Shown here piece after piece: positions 48,415 through 61,804 of a stretch of DNA of 64,000 nt (position 1 is its first letter; every line of letters starts with the position of its first letter). Below the pieces are notes generated by a model. That model was given only the letters and a program-made list of their open reading frames with translations, was not told the origin of the DNA and did not search any database. This DNA comes from Octopus sinensis (taxonomy: Eukaryota): the NCBI RefSeq assembly GCF_006345805.1, contig NC_043013.1, positions 22,320,001 through 22,384,000 on the forward strand, given 5' to 3'. Both the position numbers and the translations under genes were made by a program.

Positions 48415-51400
48415 ACAGCAATCAAAATAAAAACCCATTCAACTGATTAGTAAAGCTTCCCTCACCAATGTGCTTCAGCTACTAGTCTGCACAAATACAA
48501 TTTCCTGGCACATAAAAGAGCCCATTACACTCAGTGGTTTGTGTTAGGAAGGGCGTCCAGCCATAGAAATCATGCCAGACCAGACTGAAGTCTGGTGCAG
48601 CCTTCCAGTGTGCCAGCCCAGGTCAAACTGTCCAACCCATGCCAGCATGGACAACAGATGCTAAATGATGAGGATGATTATTTACTACAATGGGATGGGC
48701 TCCTCTCAACTAACATCTACACACAGACTAACCCCCATCTCTTGCATGCTATCCAGTTTTGTTTCACCCTGATTTTATAAGTCTTCTGGAATTCTCAGCC
48801 TGCCCCTATTTTTCCAACAGCCCTCAATCTGCAAATTGAGTGACATTTAAACTGAGTGACTTGTTACTCTGGAATAGTTTAAGAAGATCAAGGGACTGAC
48901 TCTTTCATTTTGATTTACTTATTAAAATAAAAGGATTAATGAGGGGTTAATGAAAAGTGCCGGTAGCAGTTTCTTTGCTCCAATTTGTTCAGCAAACATC
49001 AACAGTTTGGCACAATGGTCAAATCAATGCTAACAAGAAGAAATTCTGTGGAGATATTTTTTTTTAAATAAACTTTAACCCTTTCGTTACTGTATTTATT
49101 TTGAGATGCCCTGTTTTCCTCTCAATTATTTAAAATATAACAAAGAATTTAGTAAAATAACTTAGTTATCATTAAGTTAGTGTTAGGAACATTAATTGCA
49201 ACTAAGGTTTGGTGAAAGATTTTAATTCAAAACTTATGAAAACATAACATTTGTACTACAGAGCCAGAGCCGGTTTCAGCCAGCTTGGTAAAAGAAAGTC
49301 AAAAGATTTAAAATTATAAGAAAATACTCACCATTGACAAGCTTTTGTTTGGATAAGTTGTTGGAAGCTAATTTCTTTGGGCGATAAGCAACTTTGCCAA
49401 AATCAATTAACAATGCAGCAAGCCTCTTTTTATAGTCTTTGGCAATCACAGAATTGGCATTTCGGTTTAAAGCTCTTGCACGCAAGAGGCTCTTTGAAGA
49501 AAAATAGGAATATCCTGTCTTTCTCAGTGGAAGACTAACTGAACTGGAAGATGGAGAGGAGGCAGACTGGTTCTTGATTAGCTTAAATGGTGTTGTAAGA
49601 TTGTTTTGTTTAAGAATTTTGGTACTTTTAGGCAGTGGAGTCGTCGTCGGCTTCTTGACACCAGGTTTCCTGACAATTTTATACCGATGACATTGCACCA
49701 ACGGAGATTTGAGACTTTTGGAGGATTGCGGAACTGGTTTCTGTGGAACTGTAGACAGGTGTTGAGAAGAGAAATGCTGAGGAAATACAGTCAATGACGA
49801 AGGCAGGAGAGGGGCTTTTTTCGCAGATGGAATTCGAATCCAAGATTTGAGAGAAACATCAGATTTAATGTGAGAAGTCTTTGGAGACAGTTTAATAGCA
49901 TGTGCTTTTGTTGTGTTCTTGAAACAAGTTGGCTGTTTAATAGCAACAGGTTTTGGAGAAGGCTCTGAAGGTTTCTCTTTGACTGGAGATGTTATGGATT
50001 TAGTTGCAGTGTCTTTAGGATGAATAATTTCTTGAACATTTGTGTTTTGAGAAGCAGCAGTTCTGAATGGAGCTGAAGAACACAATTTAGCATAGGTTGT
50101 CTTTAAACATTGTAATTTGGCCTCAGTTTTTATGAGATCTTCCTGAGCATTTTTAACCATTTTGGATTTTGCTTCAAATAAACTCAGTGATTTATTGGGT
50201 GAAGACAGTGATGATAATGACGTTGACGATACTTCATTATTACTTTGTGATGATGATGCTGATGGAGACGATGAACAGGGAATTTTGGTTGACATAGAAT
50301 ACGAATTCTTTGATTTGAAAGGATATGAAAACTTGGAAGAAAGGGAATGCGACTGAAGAGTATTGGAGTAATTATTAGAAACAACAGTCTTTGAGGTTGA
50401 AGCGGAGTTTTGGTAAGTTTGATTGGGTTTCGCCTGTGTCAGTTTTGAATTCAAGTAACACATTCTGGAGTAGGTACCAGACCTGAATGTTTTGGTGGGC
50501 AAGGTTGGAGTGGGAGAAGATTTCGTAAAACGATTAGAAAATCGAGAAAAACTTAAGGTGTTACCCTGGCAAGTGCTTAATGCTCTTCTTTGTTTTTCTT
50601 TTTGGATCAAACCTAAACAAAGTGAAACAAAGTTAGAGATTGTCTGACTGTGTGTGGCAGAGGCTTCTTTTATCAGAAAGGAATGGGATTAGAAAGTAGA
50701 ACATTCTAGAAGTTGACCTGGGAACAAGTCATAAACACAATACAAAACAAATGCATGCAATGATTAACTGTTAATGACCTATACTCTGCATTATTCTGGA
50801 CAACTGGTTAGATCCTGCCTCTCATACCTACTCTACAATGTCATTTCAAAAATATACAACCACATCATTGAAACCTCAAAGCCACATGATAAATGATTAG
50901 TTGAAAATGGTTATAAGTGCTAAATGCTTTTTAAAACTCAAAGAAAAAAAAAATAAATGTAACAGAAATCCATTCTTTTATTTGAATTTATTGGGATCAT
51001 TTCAAGAAATTTTCAACATGAGATTTTATAAATGCAAATATTTTAAAGCTGTGTCATATTTCCAATTCTATTTTTCTCTCTCAGAGAATTCCACAAATAA
51101 TTTCTTCTGGATGAAAACTTCCACACCCAACTTATGTAAACATGGGAAATTCTTTTCTAATTCTCCTTTTTTTTTTTTAATCTGACAATGTATATTTTTA
51201 ATAAATCATTGACGTAAACTACTTTTCGTTTTATTTTGGGATATTTTCATAAACTAAAATCAAGAAAATGTTATGAATTATTTTAAAATTACACAAAAAC
51301 TTTCCAGCCATGACCATCCAATCAGTATATCATTTAAAAGGCAAAGGTATGACTAAGTGATTTAAGAAGTTCAACTTGCAACCACATGTGTTCGGGTTCA

Positions 51401-53628
51401 GTCCTACTCCATGGCACCTTGGGACAAACAATCTCCTACTCTAGCCCCAAGGCCAACCAAAGTCTTCAGAGTGGATTTCATCGACAGAAACTGAAAGAAG
51501 CCTGTTGTGAATATTTGTGTGTGTGAAATCATTTTACATGATAGTGTGTTACTGAAACAAGTAAAATTCTAAAAGTATATTAATAGATATATATTGTATG
51601 CAGACGATGTATTGACTGGATGGCCAAAGTTGGAACGCCTTTGCGTTACTTCCTATTTTAGAAAATCATTGAAACAATAAAACAATGAGGAGGTGGTGTT
51701 CTTGCAACAGTTTGTGTGTGTACACACACACACACAATGTATGTAGTAGTAATAGTACAAGTTCATTTCATCGTTCGTACTTTGACTTATCATTTCACAT
51801 CTTGTATATTTTTGTTTTTTCCCCCTTTTTATGTTACTAAAATAGGACCATTATAAAAACAGCCAGCCGAGGATATGTGCCCTGCCTTTCGAACTTCTTA
51901 ATTTCAGTTTTCCCTGCTTTAAACATCGGAGATAACGATTCTTTTCATTTTTATTTTAGAATCTTTTCGCCAATTCCTTCCCAACACACATCGCCACTTT
52001 TTTTTTTTTACTATACAAGAAGGTCATCTCTTTTTTTGTCTTTTTGTCTTCTTGAACACTATTTTTCAGAACTCATTTTTATACAAAAATTACGACCACA
52101 GAAAGCATCGTTTTCACGACTTCGGTTTTTTTAATGAACCTATTCACATCCCATAATTTGTTTCTAATTATATAACAGGCTGTTTGTAAACTGCTTCTTT
52201 TCAACCTTTTTTCGATTATTATTTTTTTCTTCTTCTAAATTACAAGTTTAAAAACGTAGGATAGATATATCGAGTCTGCAAACACGAAAAGAATTAAAGG
52301 ACTGGGGCTAATTTCCAAAATTCATCGAAGATGTTACAACTGAAATTATAAAAATCATGGAAACGAGGAGAGAAATAAGTTATGCAACCTTGAACACATT
52401 TTTACTTAACTAATTTCTTCTTTAATTTAAAGTCTTTTATAAATTTTATATTCTGAAAATATTTGGAAAAAAAATAAAAGGATGGGCCGACTGGAATATT
52501 TTATAAACAAGGAAGTACTGAACCTATAAAACTACTTAAGCCATTAAGCTATTCTTTAACAAAGCAACCATCTTTTTTAATATCGAATGGAGTTGGCAGA
52601 GAAAAGTCAACAAATTTGGTTGTGATTTAAGATGAATGCACAAAATAATACAGCGTGGTGCACCTGAGCAGTGTATACAATAATTTCATTGTTATTTAAA
52701 TCGAGACAGCGATAAAGAGAGACGTTTTTTGCTGATAAATAAGGAGAAGGATTTTTAGCATAGTTGTTGCTCCACCTGTTTGAAAGTCAGCAAGCAAAAC
52801 TCGTTCAAACCACAATACTTGATTAATGAGGTAGCATGTACTTTATTGTGTGTGTGAGAGAGAGAGAGAAGATAGGACGGCGGCTGCTAAACTCATCGGA
52901 CACAAAGGTTTGAAAGACCAGAGACGGACGGTGTTTTAGGATACACCCAGACCAACCGAGGAACCTCTGCATGGTAGCTGAGATTGCTAGAAATAACAGC
53001 GAAATCTCTCTCATAGTACGAGGAGGGGGCGAAGAATGGATTGGTTAGAACAGAAATACCTGGGAATCTAAATAAGGTCGACTTCGAGCTAAACAAATAT
53101 ACAACACGCACACACAGGCGCCGAAGGTTAGACCCGCTAAAAATAGCAGCCAAATTTCCCAAACGTCACAACGATTTTCAAAAGAGACACACGTCAGTCA
53201 ATTGTGCTTCTGGGTTGTGTGGATGGGAAAAACAAGAGTTGGTCATGGCTGGAATGCATCGGTCAAAGAAGTCCAAACAACGGCTAAACTCATTTAAATA
53301 ATTATTTACTGATTCATTCGGGTTGAAATATGAGAATATACAACTTAATTAGTCATATCTTTATACTTATTGCCCAGCTACATTTATTGACACTAACAAT
53401 TCGATCTTCCAGGAAACCAAAGCACTTTTCCTGATTTACTGAAAACAACTTAAAACCAAACAGATTTGAGGATTTAATTCAACCGTGACATGAAGAACTA
53501 ATTTATAAAAAGAGCTTAATTCAAACTCCACCCAGAATAATCTTGCCATATTCAACAATTAGTTTTTTTACTCCCAGTAGTAATATGAACAAATGACACA
53601 CACAGAGTTTTATATATACTCTCAATAA

Positions 53629-53670
<42 letters not shown>

Positions 53671-54080
53671 GGAGATGTACTTGCATAGCAAGTGATTTGG
53701 TCTGAGATCGTGTGCTGAAACGAAAACAATTGCAGCGTGGAAGGTTTCTGTAAGCCATTTAAGAAACACAAAAGCCGTTCAATTCACTTCAACATTTAAG
53801 TTTAATTTGTCAAAATATTTTGTCAGTGAACAGGTCGCGGATTTTAGCAACGAAAATATTTTGACAAATTAAACTTAAATGTTGAAGTGAATCGAACGGC
53901 TTTTGTGTGTTTCTTAAATGGCTTACAAAAACCTTCCACGCTGCAATTGTATGATGATGATGATGATAGTACAAAGTAACATAGGGGATATGGGTGTTGG
54001 TTAAGTACCCAGATTCTTAATACACAAATGTTTTTAATTACAATGCAATTAACTCATACATTGTATTAAACGGCTGAAGG

Positions 54081-54128
<48 letters not shown>

Positions 54129-54547
54129 TATATATACGGAGATGTACTTGCATAGCAAGTGATTTGGTCTGAGATCGTGTGCTGAAACGAAAACAATTGC
54201 AGCGTGGAAGGTTTCTGTAAGCCATTAAGAAACACAAAAGCCGTTCAATTCACTTCAACATTTAAGTTTAATTTGTCAAAATATTTTGTCAGTGAACAGG
54301 TCGCGGATTTTAGCAACGAAAATATTTTGACAAATTAAACTTAAATGTTGAAGTGAATCGAACGGCTTTTGTGTGTTTCTTAAATGGCTTACAAAAACCT
54401 TCCACGCTGCAATTGTATGATGATGATGATGATAGTACAAAGTAACATAGGGGATATGGGTGTTGGTTAAGTACCCAGATTCTTAATACACAAATGTTTT
54501 TAATTACAATGCAATTAACTCATACATTGTATTAAACGCTGAAGGTA

Positions 54548-54580
<33 letters not shown>

Positions 54581-55232
54581 ATATTATATATATATATATA
54601 GTTGACTTTCACTAAGAGAAGCTATATATTTTTCTTTTTTCACTCAGGAGAATTTAACAAAAATGAACAATTTATTAAACAAGGAATCAAAAGACGCAGT
54701 TTTCAGTAACGCTGCCCAGGTTTATAACAGAAAATTGAGAGTGGGAAAAAAATATATATATAAAATAGTAATGATAATAATAATAATAAGGCGAGTTTAG
54801 AAAATTTGGGGAGAAATTTGGAAGAATTGCATAATTTAAAAAAAAAGTGTTTATATTTAAGCATGAAAAAACCCAAAAAGCAAAGATTTTCTTATATCTA
54901 AAAATATGATTACTAAAAACAATTTTTTTAAAAAGATCTAATACAGGTTTTCGTTAATATTTTGTAATTATTTTGGGGGTTTTTTTGCCATTAATTTTAA
55001 AGAATAAAAATTTTCGAAACCATTTTTAAGAATAAAAAACAAACAAAACATTGTTTCTATAACAAAATGGCGTTTACCAAAATATAAGTAAATAAATATT
55101 TGTGTTTTCCGTTTGTTCTGTATTTATGTGTGTGTGTATATGTTTGGTTGTTTTACCTGAAAGTTTGGAGATTTCTTGTTTGAGAATCTTCACGTCTTGG
55201 AATTCCAAAGACAAACCAGGTTGCTCGGCCAT
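39248..55232 (-). CDS. ZC3H3: Zinc finger CCCH domain-containing protein 3, 11 exons: complement(join(39248..39279,39396..39553,40531..40676,41938..42133,42390..42557,43625..43739,43961..44074,44415..44554,45352..45415,49332..50612,55157..55232)), 2490 nt, 829 aa
   Basis: All introns are GT-AG with matching phases. N-terminus MAEQPG..DVKILKQEISKLSG|LIQKEK resembles human EKEILRRQIRLLQGLID. Finger array CLFYNRFGKCNKGNKCPYVHDPKKIAVCYR..EKMPSCSYFLKGQC..CEDFLNGYCSLGEK|CTRKH matches ZC3H3. Also ITVRGVKF..GKTLRR, LSFISL and the C-terminal LRIKPRL* (human ends LHIKPRL). Human sequence recalled from memory. Confidence 0.93.
42876..43240. repeat. Inverted repeat, ~150-bp arms; same family as 63300-63590
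   Basis: Left arm tttgccaacataacatggcagtcc.. is the reverse complement of the right arm ..ggactgccatgttatgttggcaaa. Confidence 0.8.
46515..46880 (+). mobile_element. SINE-like family D with internal ~50-bp repeats and (GAT)n tail; copies 31862-32190-, 45478-45950-, 36460-36700-
   Basis: Shared ggttggcgttaggaagggcatccagctgtagaaac and tttacgtgccaccggcac units. Confidence 0.8.
46910..47343. mobile_element. Foldback/hairpin MITE, ~210-bp arms, inserted in (TA)n
   Basis: Termini cggtaaataag/cttatttgccg. Arms meet at tgtgtag-gcac-ctacaca. TA flanks. Confidence 0.8.
53669..54550. repeat. 466-bp tandem duplication; each unit holds a ~100-bp-arm inverted repeat and is separated by (TA)n
   Basis: 53669-54085 and 54136-54550 are almost identical. 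Confidence 0.9.
53819..53868 (+). ncRNA. Minimal hammerhead-like motif with a G3-C8 swapped core (second copy ~54285-54334)
   Basis: Stem I tttgtca/tgacaaa. Core GTGAACA. Stem II gtcgc/gcaac (one mismatch). GAAA. Palindromic stem III AATATT. Confidence 0.45.
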
Positions 55233-55275
55233 TTTGTGAAACCTACACTTCCGGATAAGACATGACGTCACGATG
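55225..55275 (-). promoter_or_regulatory. TATA-less housekeeping-type proximal promoter of ZC3H3
   Basis: YY1-like AAAATGGCCG overlaps the ATG (55232). ETS site ACTTCCGG at 55247-55254. CRE palindrome TGACGTCA at 55263-55270. Confidence 0.5.
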
Positions 55276-55884
55276 TCATGTGACACAGCACACCCACTTT
55301 TTTGGGGTTTTTTTGTTTTGTTTTATTCGTTTGTTTCTCTTATTTGTTTGTTTCTTTCTTTTCTCCCCCCGTGACTGCTTCGGTCCGCCATCGCGCTGCT
55401 TCGTGGTCGCTGCCACCCACTCAAATAAATGCTTTATCTCACACCCGTGTATTCACAGCAGTAAATAGATCCTCCGTCAGTGTCGACGATAACTGTTCAA
55501 GTTGTAGGAACTTACTAGGAGAAACTCAGTTTATCGATTTTTCTTTCTTTCTACTCACTACACACACACACACACACATTTTTTTTTTACCCTTTACTTG
55601 TTTCAGGCATTAGACTGCGGCCATGCTGCAGCACCGCCTTGAAGAATTGTTTGTAGAATCGACCGCAGGATTTTTTTTTTTTAAGCTTGGTACCAATAAT
55701 ATCGGTCGCTTTTGCCGAACCGCTAGCTTACGGGAACGTAACACGCCAACACCGGTTGTCAAGCACTGGTGAGGGGACAGCCACACACACACACACACAT
55801 ACATATGTGTGTGTGTGTGTGTGTGTGTATTCTTTTATATGTTTCAGTCCAATGACTGTGGCCATGCTGGAGCACCGCCATTAT

Positions 55885-57705
55885 ACTCATCTTTCCACAT
55901 TCCACCTTTGTCGGAGGTGGCTTCTGGTGAAGGATGGAGTTCGATGCTACTGCCCTCTTTTGAGTTTCTTGCTTAGATATTGGCACATCCGGGATCTCGG
56001 CGAGCCAGAGGTCAAGTTCACGTTTGAAAACGTCTACATCCACTCCATGGAGGCTCCTCAGGTGCTTCGGCAGATAGTTAAACAGCTGTGGGCCCTTGAA
56101 ACCCAAGCTGTTGCAGCACATCGTCCTTGCCCGAGATGAAGCAGTCAGCACAGTGGGGACAGCACCGTAACGTCCTGTTCGTGGTCTGGTATAGCTCTTT
56201 GTTCCAAAGTTTGGTACCAGTCCTTCCAGTATCTCCCATATATATATATCACTGCATACCTCTCCCGCCTTCCTCCCGGGGAATAGAGTTGTAGCTCTGT
56301 CAATCTGTCCAAGTAGCTCAGTCGTTCCATTGATGCAATTTTCTTTGTGTAATATCGTAGGACTGCTTCAAGCTCTGCTATCGTCCTTGTAGTATACGGT
56401 GACCATAGCTAAATGCTGTAGTCCAGGTGGCTGAGGATAAATGACTTGCATAGTGTCATCATAGTTTCTTGTTCCCTTGTCCGGAAGGTTCTCAGAATCC
56501 AACCAGCCAGTCTTCTGGATGCTGCTACCATTCTGTTGACATGTGTGTGAAATGAGGCATTGTTGCTCATTTCTTTTCCAAGATCATGCACCGTATTTGA
56601 TTCTGGGATCGTTGCTCCACTTGGTCCAACATACTGATGTCATGATTCCTGAGCAGTGCTTAACTGGTAGCGGAGGGCCTGGAATTTACTTGCATTAAAT
56701 TGCATGTTGTTATCCTCAGCCCATGTATAGATGTCATCTAGATCTTTCTGTAAGAGCATAGCATCAGAGGTTTCCTTGACTAACTGTGCAACTTTTGTGT
56801 CGTCAGCATAGCTGGTAAGCATGGCTGCCTCTGTCACTGATGACATATCCGATATGCAGTGGCCCCAGCACAGTGCCCTGGGGCATTCCACTCACTATCG
56901 TTGTCTCTGTGGAGAGAGCTCCGTTGGCTGCTACAGTTTGGCTCCTGTCCTTCGGGAAATCATGCAGCCACTCTCCGACTTTTCCTGTGATGCCGAGTCC
57001 CCGTATTTTGTGGCATATCATTCTATGGTAGACCTTGTCAAATGCCTTCGCAAAGTCGAGGTATACCAAATCCACCTTTGATCAGTTCATTAATTGCTTC
57101 AGTACCCAGTCATAGTGTCGCAGAAGCTGTGTAAGACAGGCTCTTTCCCAGGCGAAAACTATGTTGGGTGTCAGAGAGCAGGTCATTGTCCTCAAGGAAC
57201 TCAATACGTCTCTTCCTGACAATGCGTTCCATCCATGACTTACTGACGTGGGAGGTCAGAGAGACAGGTCTATAATTCCTAGCCTCTGCCCCGCTTCCTC
57301 CTTTATGGATAGGGCATATTATTCCCTCTTTTAGTTTTTTGGGGAGTTTCACCATCCCGAGGGACTCCTGGAAAAGGATTTGAAGCGGTCTAGCTACAGC
57401 TCTTTTACATTTATTTAGGAGTATTGCAGGGAATCCACCAGAGCCCGTTGCCGAGTTCGAGCTCAGCTCTTCAACGGCTGATATCACATCAGTTTCCTCT
57501 ATGTTGAAGTTATCAATAGTTGCCATTTCACAATGCGTGTCATCGGGGTTAAAGAACCTATCCGGCACATTCACACGTAGCTTCCCCAGCGGTATGCTGA
57601 AAGCACTCTACAGCACTCACAGACAGCTTTTCAGTGCATTCAAAAATCCAATTCCACCACCACTATTTTTCCATCACGGGTTAAAGCCTGGTATCCTCCA
57701 AACGG
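55885..57705 (-). mobile_element. CR1-clade LINE, 5'-truncated, frameshifted RT
   Basis: NYRPVSLTSHVSK, VYLDFAKAFDKV, SGMPQGTVLGPL, YADDTK, QLFNYLP..VDVFKRELD across several frames. Confidence 0.92.
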
Positions 57706-57842
57706 ACGCATGACGTGCCGCTTAGAAGAGTTAGCAAATCATTTACTCCACAAATGTTTTGTCTTCAATGTGGCACTTTCCCGTTTCACATCTTTCAACA
57801 TAACTATGCCATTTTATTCCCGAGCAATGCCAAGTATCTCTG

Positions 57843-57876
<34 letters not shown>

Positions 57877-57889
57877 ATATATATATATA

Positions 57890-57963
<74 letters not shown>

Positions 57964-58008
57964 TATATATATATATATATATCTATATATATATATATAT
58001 ATATATAC

Positions 58009-58039
<31 letters not shown>

Positions 58040-58181
58040 ATATATATATATATATAATATATATATTATATATATTATATATATATATAACGGGAAGCTT
58101 TATGAAAATAGACAAAAGACGAAGGCAGGTGGAAAACAAACAAACAATTGTATTAGTATGGCGCTATACATATATATATAT

Positions 58182-58216
<35 letters not shown>

Positions 58217-58224
58217 TATAATAT

Positions 58225-58256
<32 letters not shown>

Positions 58257-58559
58257 CATATATATATACATATATATTATATTTATATATGTATGTATGT
58301 GTATGTATGTGTGTATATATATATATATTATATTATATATATATATATATATTATATAATATATATATCGAGTGAAGAGTGCATAATCAGCTGGGTGAGG
58401 TGTCCTCCTGGGGTTAAAAATAGCAGTATCATTGGTTCCAAGGGGACAGCCGTATCTAGGTGGCGTTAAACACTACCTGTCAGAATGAATACTGCTGTCA
58501 TCTCTTGACTTGTTAAAAATAAGTTTTAATTAAATTACGTGAAGTTCATCGTAGATTTT

Positions 58560-58860
58560 ATTAATCGCATGACCGACCAGACAATCGGATGTCGTTATAC
58601 CTCGCTGGTCACAATGCGCTCCCTATTGTTTTAGCTTTCGATTGCTGCCGCCCCTGTTGGTTAAGTGAGCAGGCCGACATTTCCTTCTGATTGGAAGGCT
58701 ATTCTGTTGTAGGGCTAGCCATTTGCAGCTAAGTGGACTGGGGCAACTTGAAATGAAGGGTTTTGCTCAAGAACACAATGCGCTGCTCAGTCCGGGAATC
58801 GAACGCACGATCTGGTGATCGTAAGTGCTACACCTCGACTACTAGGCCACGAGCCTTCAC
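58560..58860 (-). mobile_element. tRNA-derived SINE with CORE/V-like centre
   Basis: Minus strand reads gtggcctagtagtcgagg..gttcgattcccgg..gtgttcttgagcaaaacccttcatt. Confidence 0.65.
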
Positions 58861-58984
58861 CAGCTTTCTCAATACTACCCGTAATTCCATGATGTTAGTT
58901 TAGAATTTTAATAAAGAAATCAACATAAAGCAGTTTAAAAATATTCTGTTGTAATTCACACACTCCGTCCTCCTACCACCCCAG

Positions 58985-59112
<128 letters not shown>

Positions 59113-60871
59113 GGAGAGAGAGAGAAGGAGAGAGAGAGAGACGTTAGTAATTAGATAACGGAAATAATTAACACTAATTATCTCCAAACTAAGTGACGCC
59201 ACTATGTGTGTGTGTGTGTGTTGGCTATTCATACATACATATGTGAGAGTTAATATGAAGCATTATATGCACACGTACACACACACATGTATATACCTAT
59301 ACATACATAGATATATACTTAGTTATACATAGGTATAAGAACACACACACACACACGCACGCACTCACGCACGCACTGGGTGTCTACCTAAGACTAACAT
59401 ACCAATATATTTACTACATACAACATAAACACTGTCCTGACACGGAGCCAACGTGGGAGACGCAATCTGGTTGTATGAGTTGCAAGAAACAGCAGCCAAA
59501 TCTACTCCGAATCACATATACCCTACCATCTTAAAAGGGACGAAAATATTAGCGAAAACATTAGATAATTCCTAAAAAAAGACGGGACGATCACGGTTGG
59601 ATCACATTTGATCATAATGTTTATTTGATCAGGATTGAAGTGAAACTCGAGAGCAACGGCATCGACAGCTGTTGTACCCGACCCGACCCACCCCAGATCT
59701 TTTAGAAACTAAATTCTACCCGTACCCCACCCAACCCACCTCAGATCTTTAGAAACTAAATTCTACCCCGTACACTCATAAATTCAACGCAAACTTCGTT
59801 GTGTCCCGTGGAGTTTACCAAAATTGGTTTAACAGCAATCACACCCACACACGTACATTCTTTCTGCCACACCTTCTTCTTCTTCTTCTTCTTCTTTTCT
59901 TCTTCTTCTTCTTCTTCTTCTTCTTCTTCTTCTTCTTCTTCTTCTTTGCGTGTCTTCATTTTTTCACTCATTCTTTCTTGGTGGCGAACGATTCTTTTTG
60001 GCATTTATTTCGTTTCTTTGTCATATTCTTCTTGCAGTCGTTTTGCGAATCCTCTCGCAAGCGCAATCTTTTCCTTCTTTCTAACATTTTTTCCTTCTAC
60101 ATTCTAACACTTTCTCATTTCATTTACTTTTTCTCGCTCTCTGCCATTCTTCTTTCTTTCTTTCTCTCTATTTTCACTTTTTTTTAAATATATTTTGTAT
60201 TCTTTCTGTCACTCTTCCATTCTTGTGTCGTCTCCTCATTCTTTTCCTTTCTTTTCTTTTTCTTTTTTATCTGAACTTGTTTTTATTTATTTTTACTCTA
60301 TATCTCGTTTTTATCTCTTTTTTCCTCAGAAAAGATCTTCTTCTTCTTCTTCTTCTTCTTCTTCTTCTTCTTCTTCTTCTTCTTCTTCTTCTTCTTCTTC
60401 TTCTTCTTCTTCTTCTTCTTCTTCTTCTTCTTCTTCTTCTCTCTCTCTCTCTCTCTCTCTCCCTCTCCCTCTCTGCCTCTTTCTTTTTCTCTTCGCCTCT
60501 TCAAACTTACTTTGTGGCTGTTGTGGTAAGAAGTCTACTTCCCAAACCACATGGTTCTGGATTCAAGTCCCACTGCGTGGCCCCTTGGGTAAGAGATTTT
60601 CATACTAGCCTCGGGCCGAACAAAGCCTTGTTGCTTGGATTTGGTAGACGGAAGCTGAAAGAAGCCCATCGTATACACATACATACATACATACATACAT
60701 ACATACATACATACATACATACATACACACATACATACATATATACATACATACATACACACATAAATACATACATACATACATACATACATACATACAT
60801 ACATACATACATACATACATACGTACATACATACATACATACATACATACATACATACATACATACATACA

Positions 60872-60907
<36 letters not shown>

Positions 60908-60910
60908 TAT

Positions 60911-61715
60911 GACTAGTGGAACGGCAACAATTACAACGATATTGCCGGACCCACGCTTTGTAATAACAACACCGATGACAGCTCCACCAACAGCAGCGGC
61001 AACAACAACCCCAGGCCCGGAGCCAACGGAAGATACACCAGAGGTGTGAACACAACCAGCACTCAAGTTCGGAGATACATCGGGTCGGCTGGAACTACTT
61101 TTAAACGGCGCCTGTATAACCACAAGTCCTCTTTTAGGGTTCCGGAAAGAGGTTACGTTACGTCCCGGGCCAACCACGTGTGACGCCTTAAGGATGACAG
61201 AACTCCATATGGAATTAAAATAAAGGGTCATAACACAACCGGAGTCCTACATAAACGGAAGCAGACGATGCAAGCTTTGCATAGTAGAGCGGGTAAAGAT
61301 CCTTAAAGACTCGCTCGATCTGGAAGGTCTCTTAAACTCTAGACACGAGATCTACATCCTGCCCCCACTTCAAATGCTACCTAGTGCAGGCGTAGGGTTC
61401 CCCGTTCGTCGATTAGGGCCGTAAAAGGCACTTGCAGGCCGGAACCAGCCCAATGGCGAAGACTCCCCACTTGCCCTTTGGGTCCATAAGATTTGCCAAC
61501 CAGTTTAAAGGGAGATATCTCGTTCCTATTCTAAGGCTCACACACTGTATATTATTCTTTATTTACAAGTTAACTGACCGTAACGGTTTTCTACCTCCCG
61601 TTTGGAAAGAAGTCATATGCTCACGGCCATTGGAGTCTGACGAGTTGTCTATAAAGCTTAGCACTTTATGGATGCGGAAACATTGGTCACTCTATGACCG
61701 GACATATATTTAACT
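60911..61715 (+). mobile_element. Penelope-like retroelement 3' fragment (GIY-YIG) of the same family, between (TACA)n/(TA)n tracts
   Basis: RRYIGSAGTTFKRRLYNHKSSFR..NHV*RLKD. 3' HHR motif homologous to the 28.9-kb copy. Confidence 0.85.
61625..61700 (+). ncRNA. Type I hammerhead motif at the 3' end of a Penelope-like element
   Basis: Stem I ggagt/actct, extendable to cggccat/atgaccg. CTGACGA 61637-61643. Stem II ..tctataaag/ctttatgga... GAAA 61677-61680. GUC cleavage after 61688. Confidence 0.7.
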
Positions 61716-61717
61716 TC

Positions 61718-61804
<87 letters not shown>

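Noticed and set aside
50162-50356. Plus-strand acidic ORF MDFASNKLSDLL..
   Set aside because: Antisense shadow of the Ser-rich ZC3H3 exon.
53669-54550. 466-bp duplication as an independent biological novelty
   Set aside because: Near-identity with TA-run boundaries makes an assembly duplication possible; kept only as a feature and as context for the G3-C8 motif.
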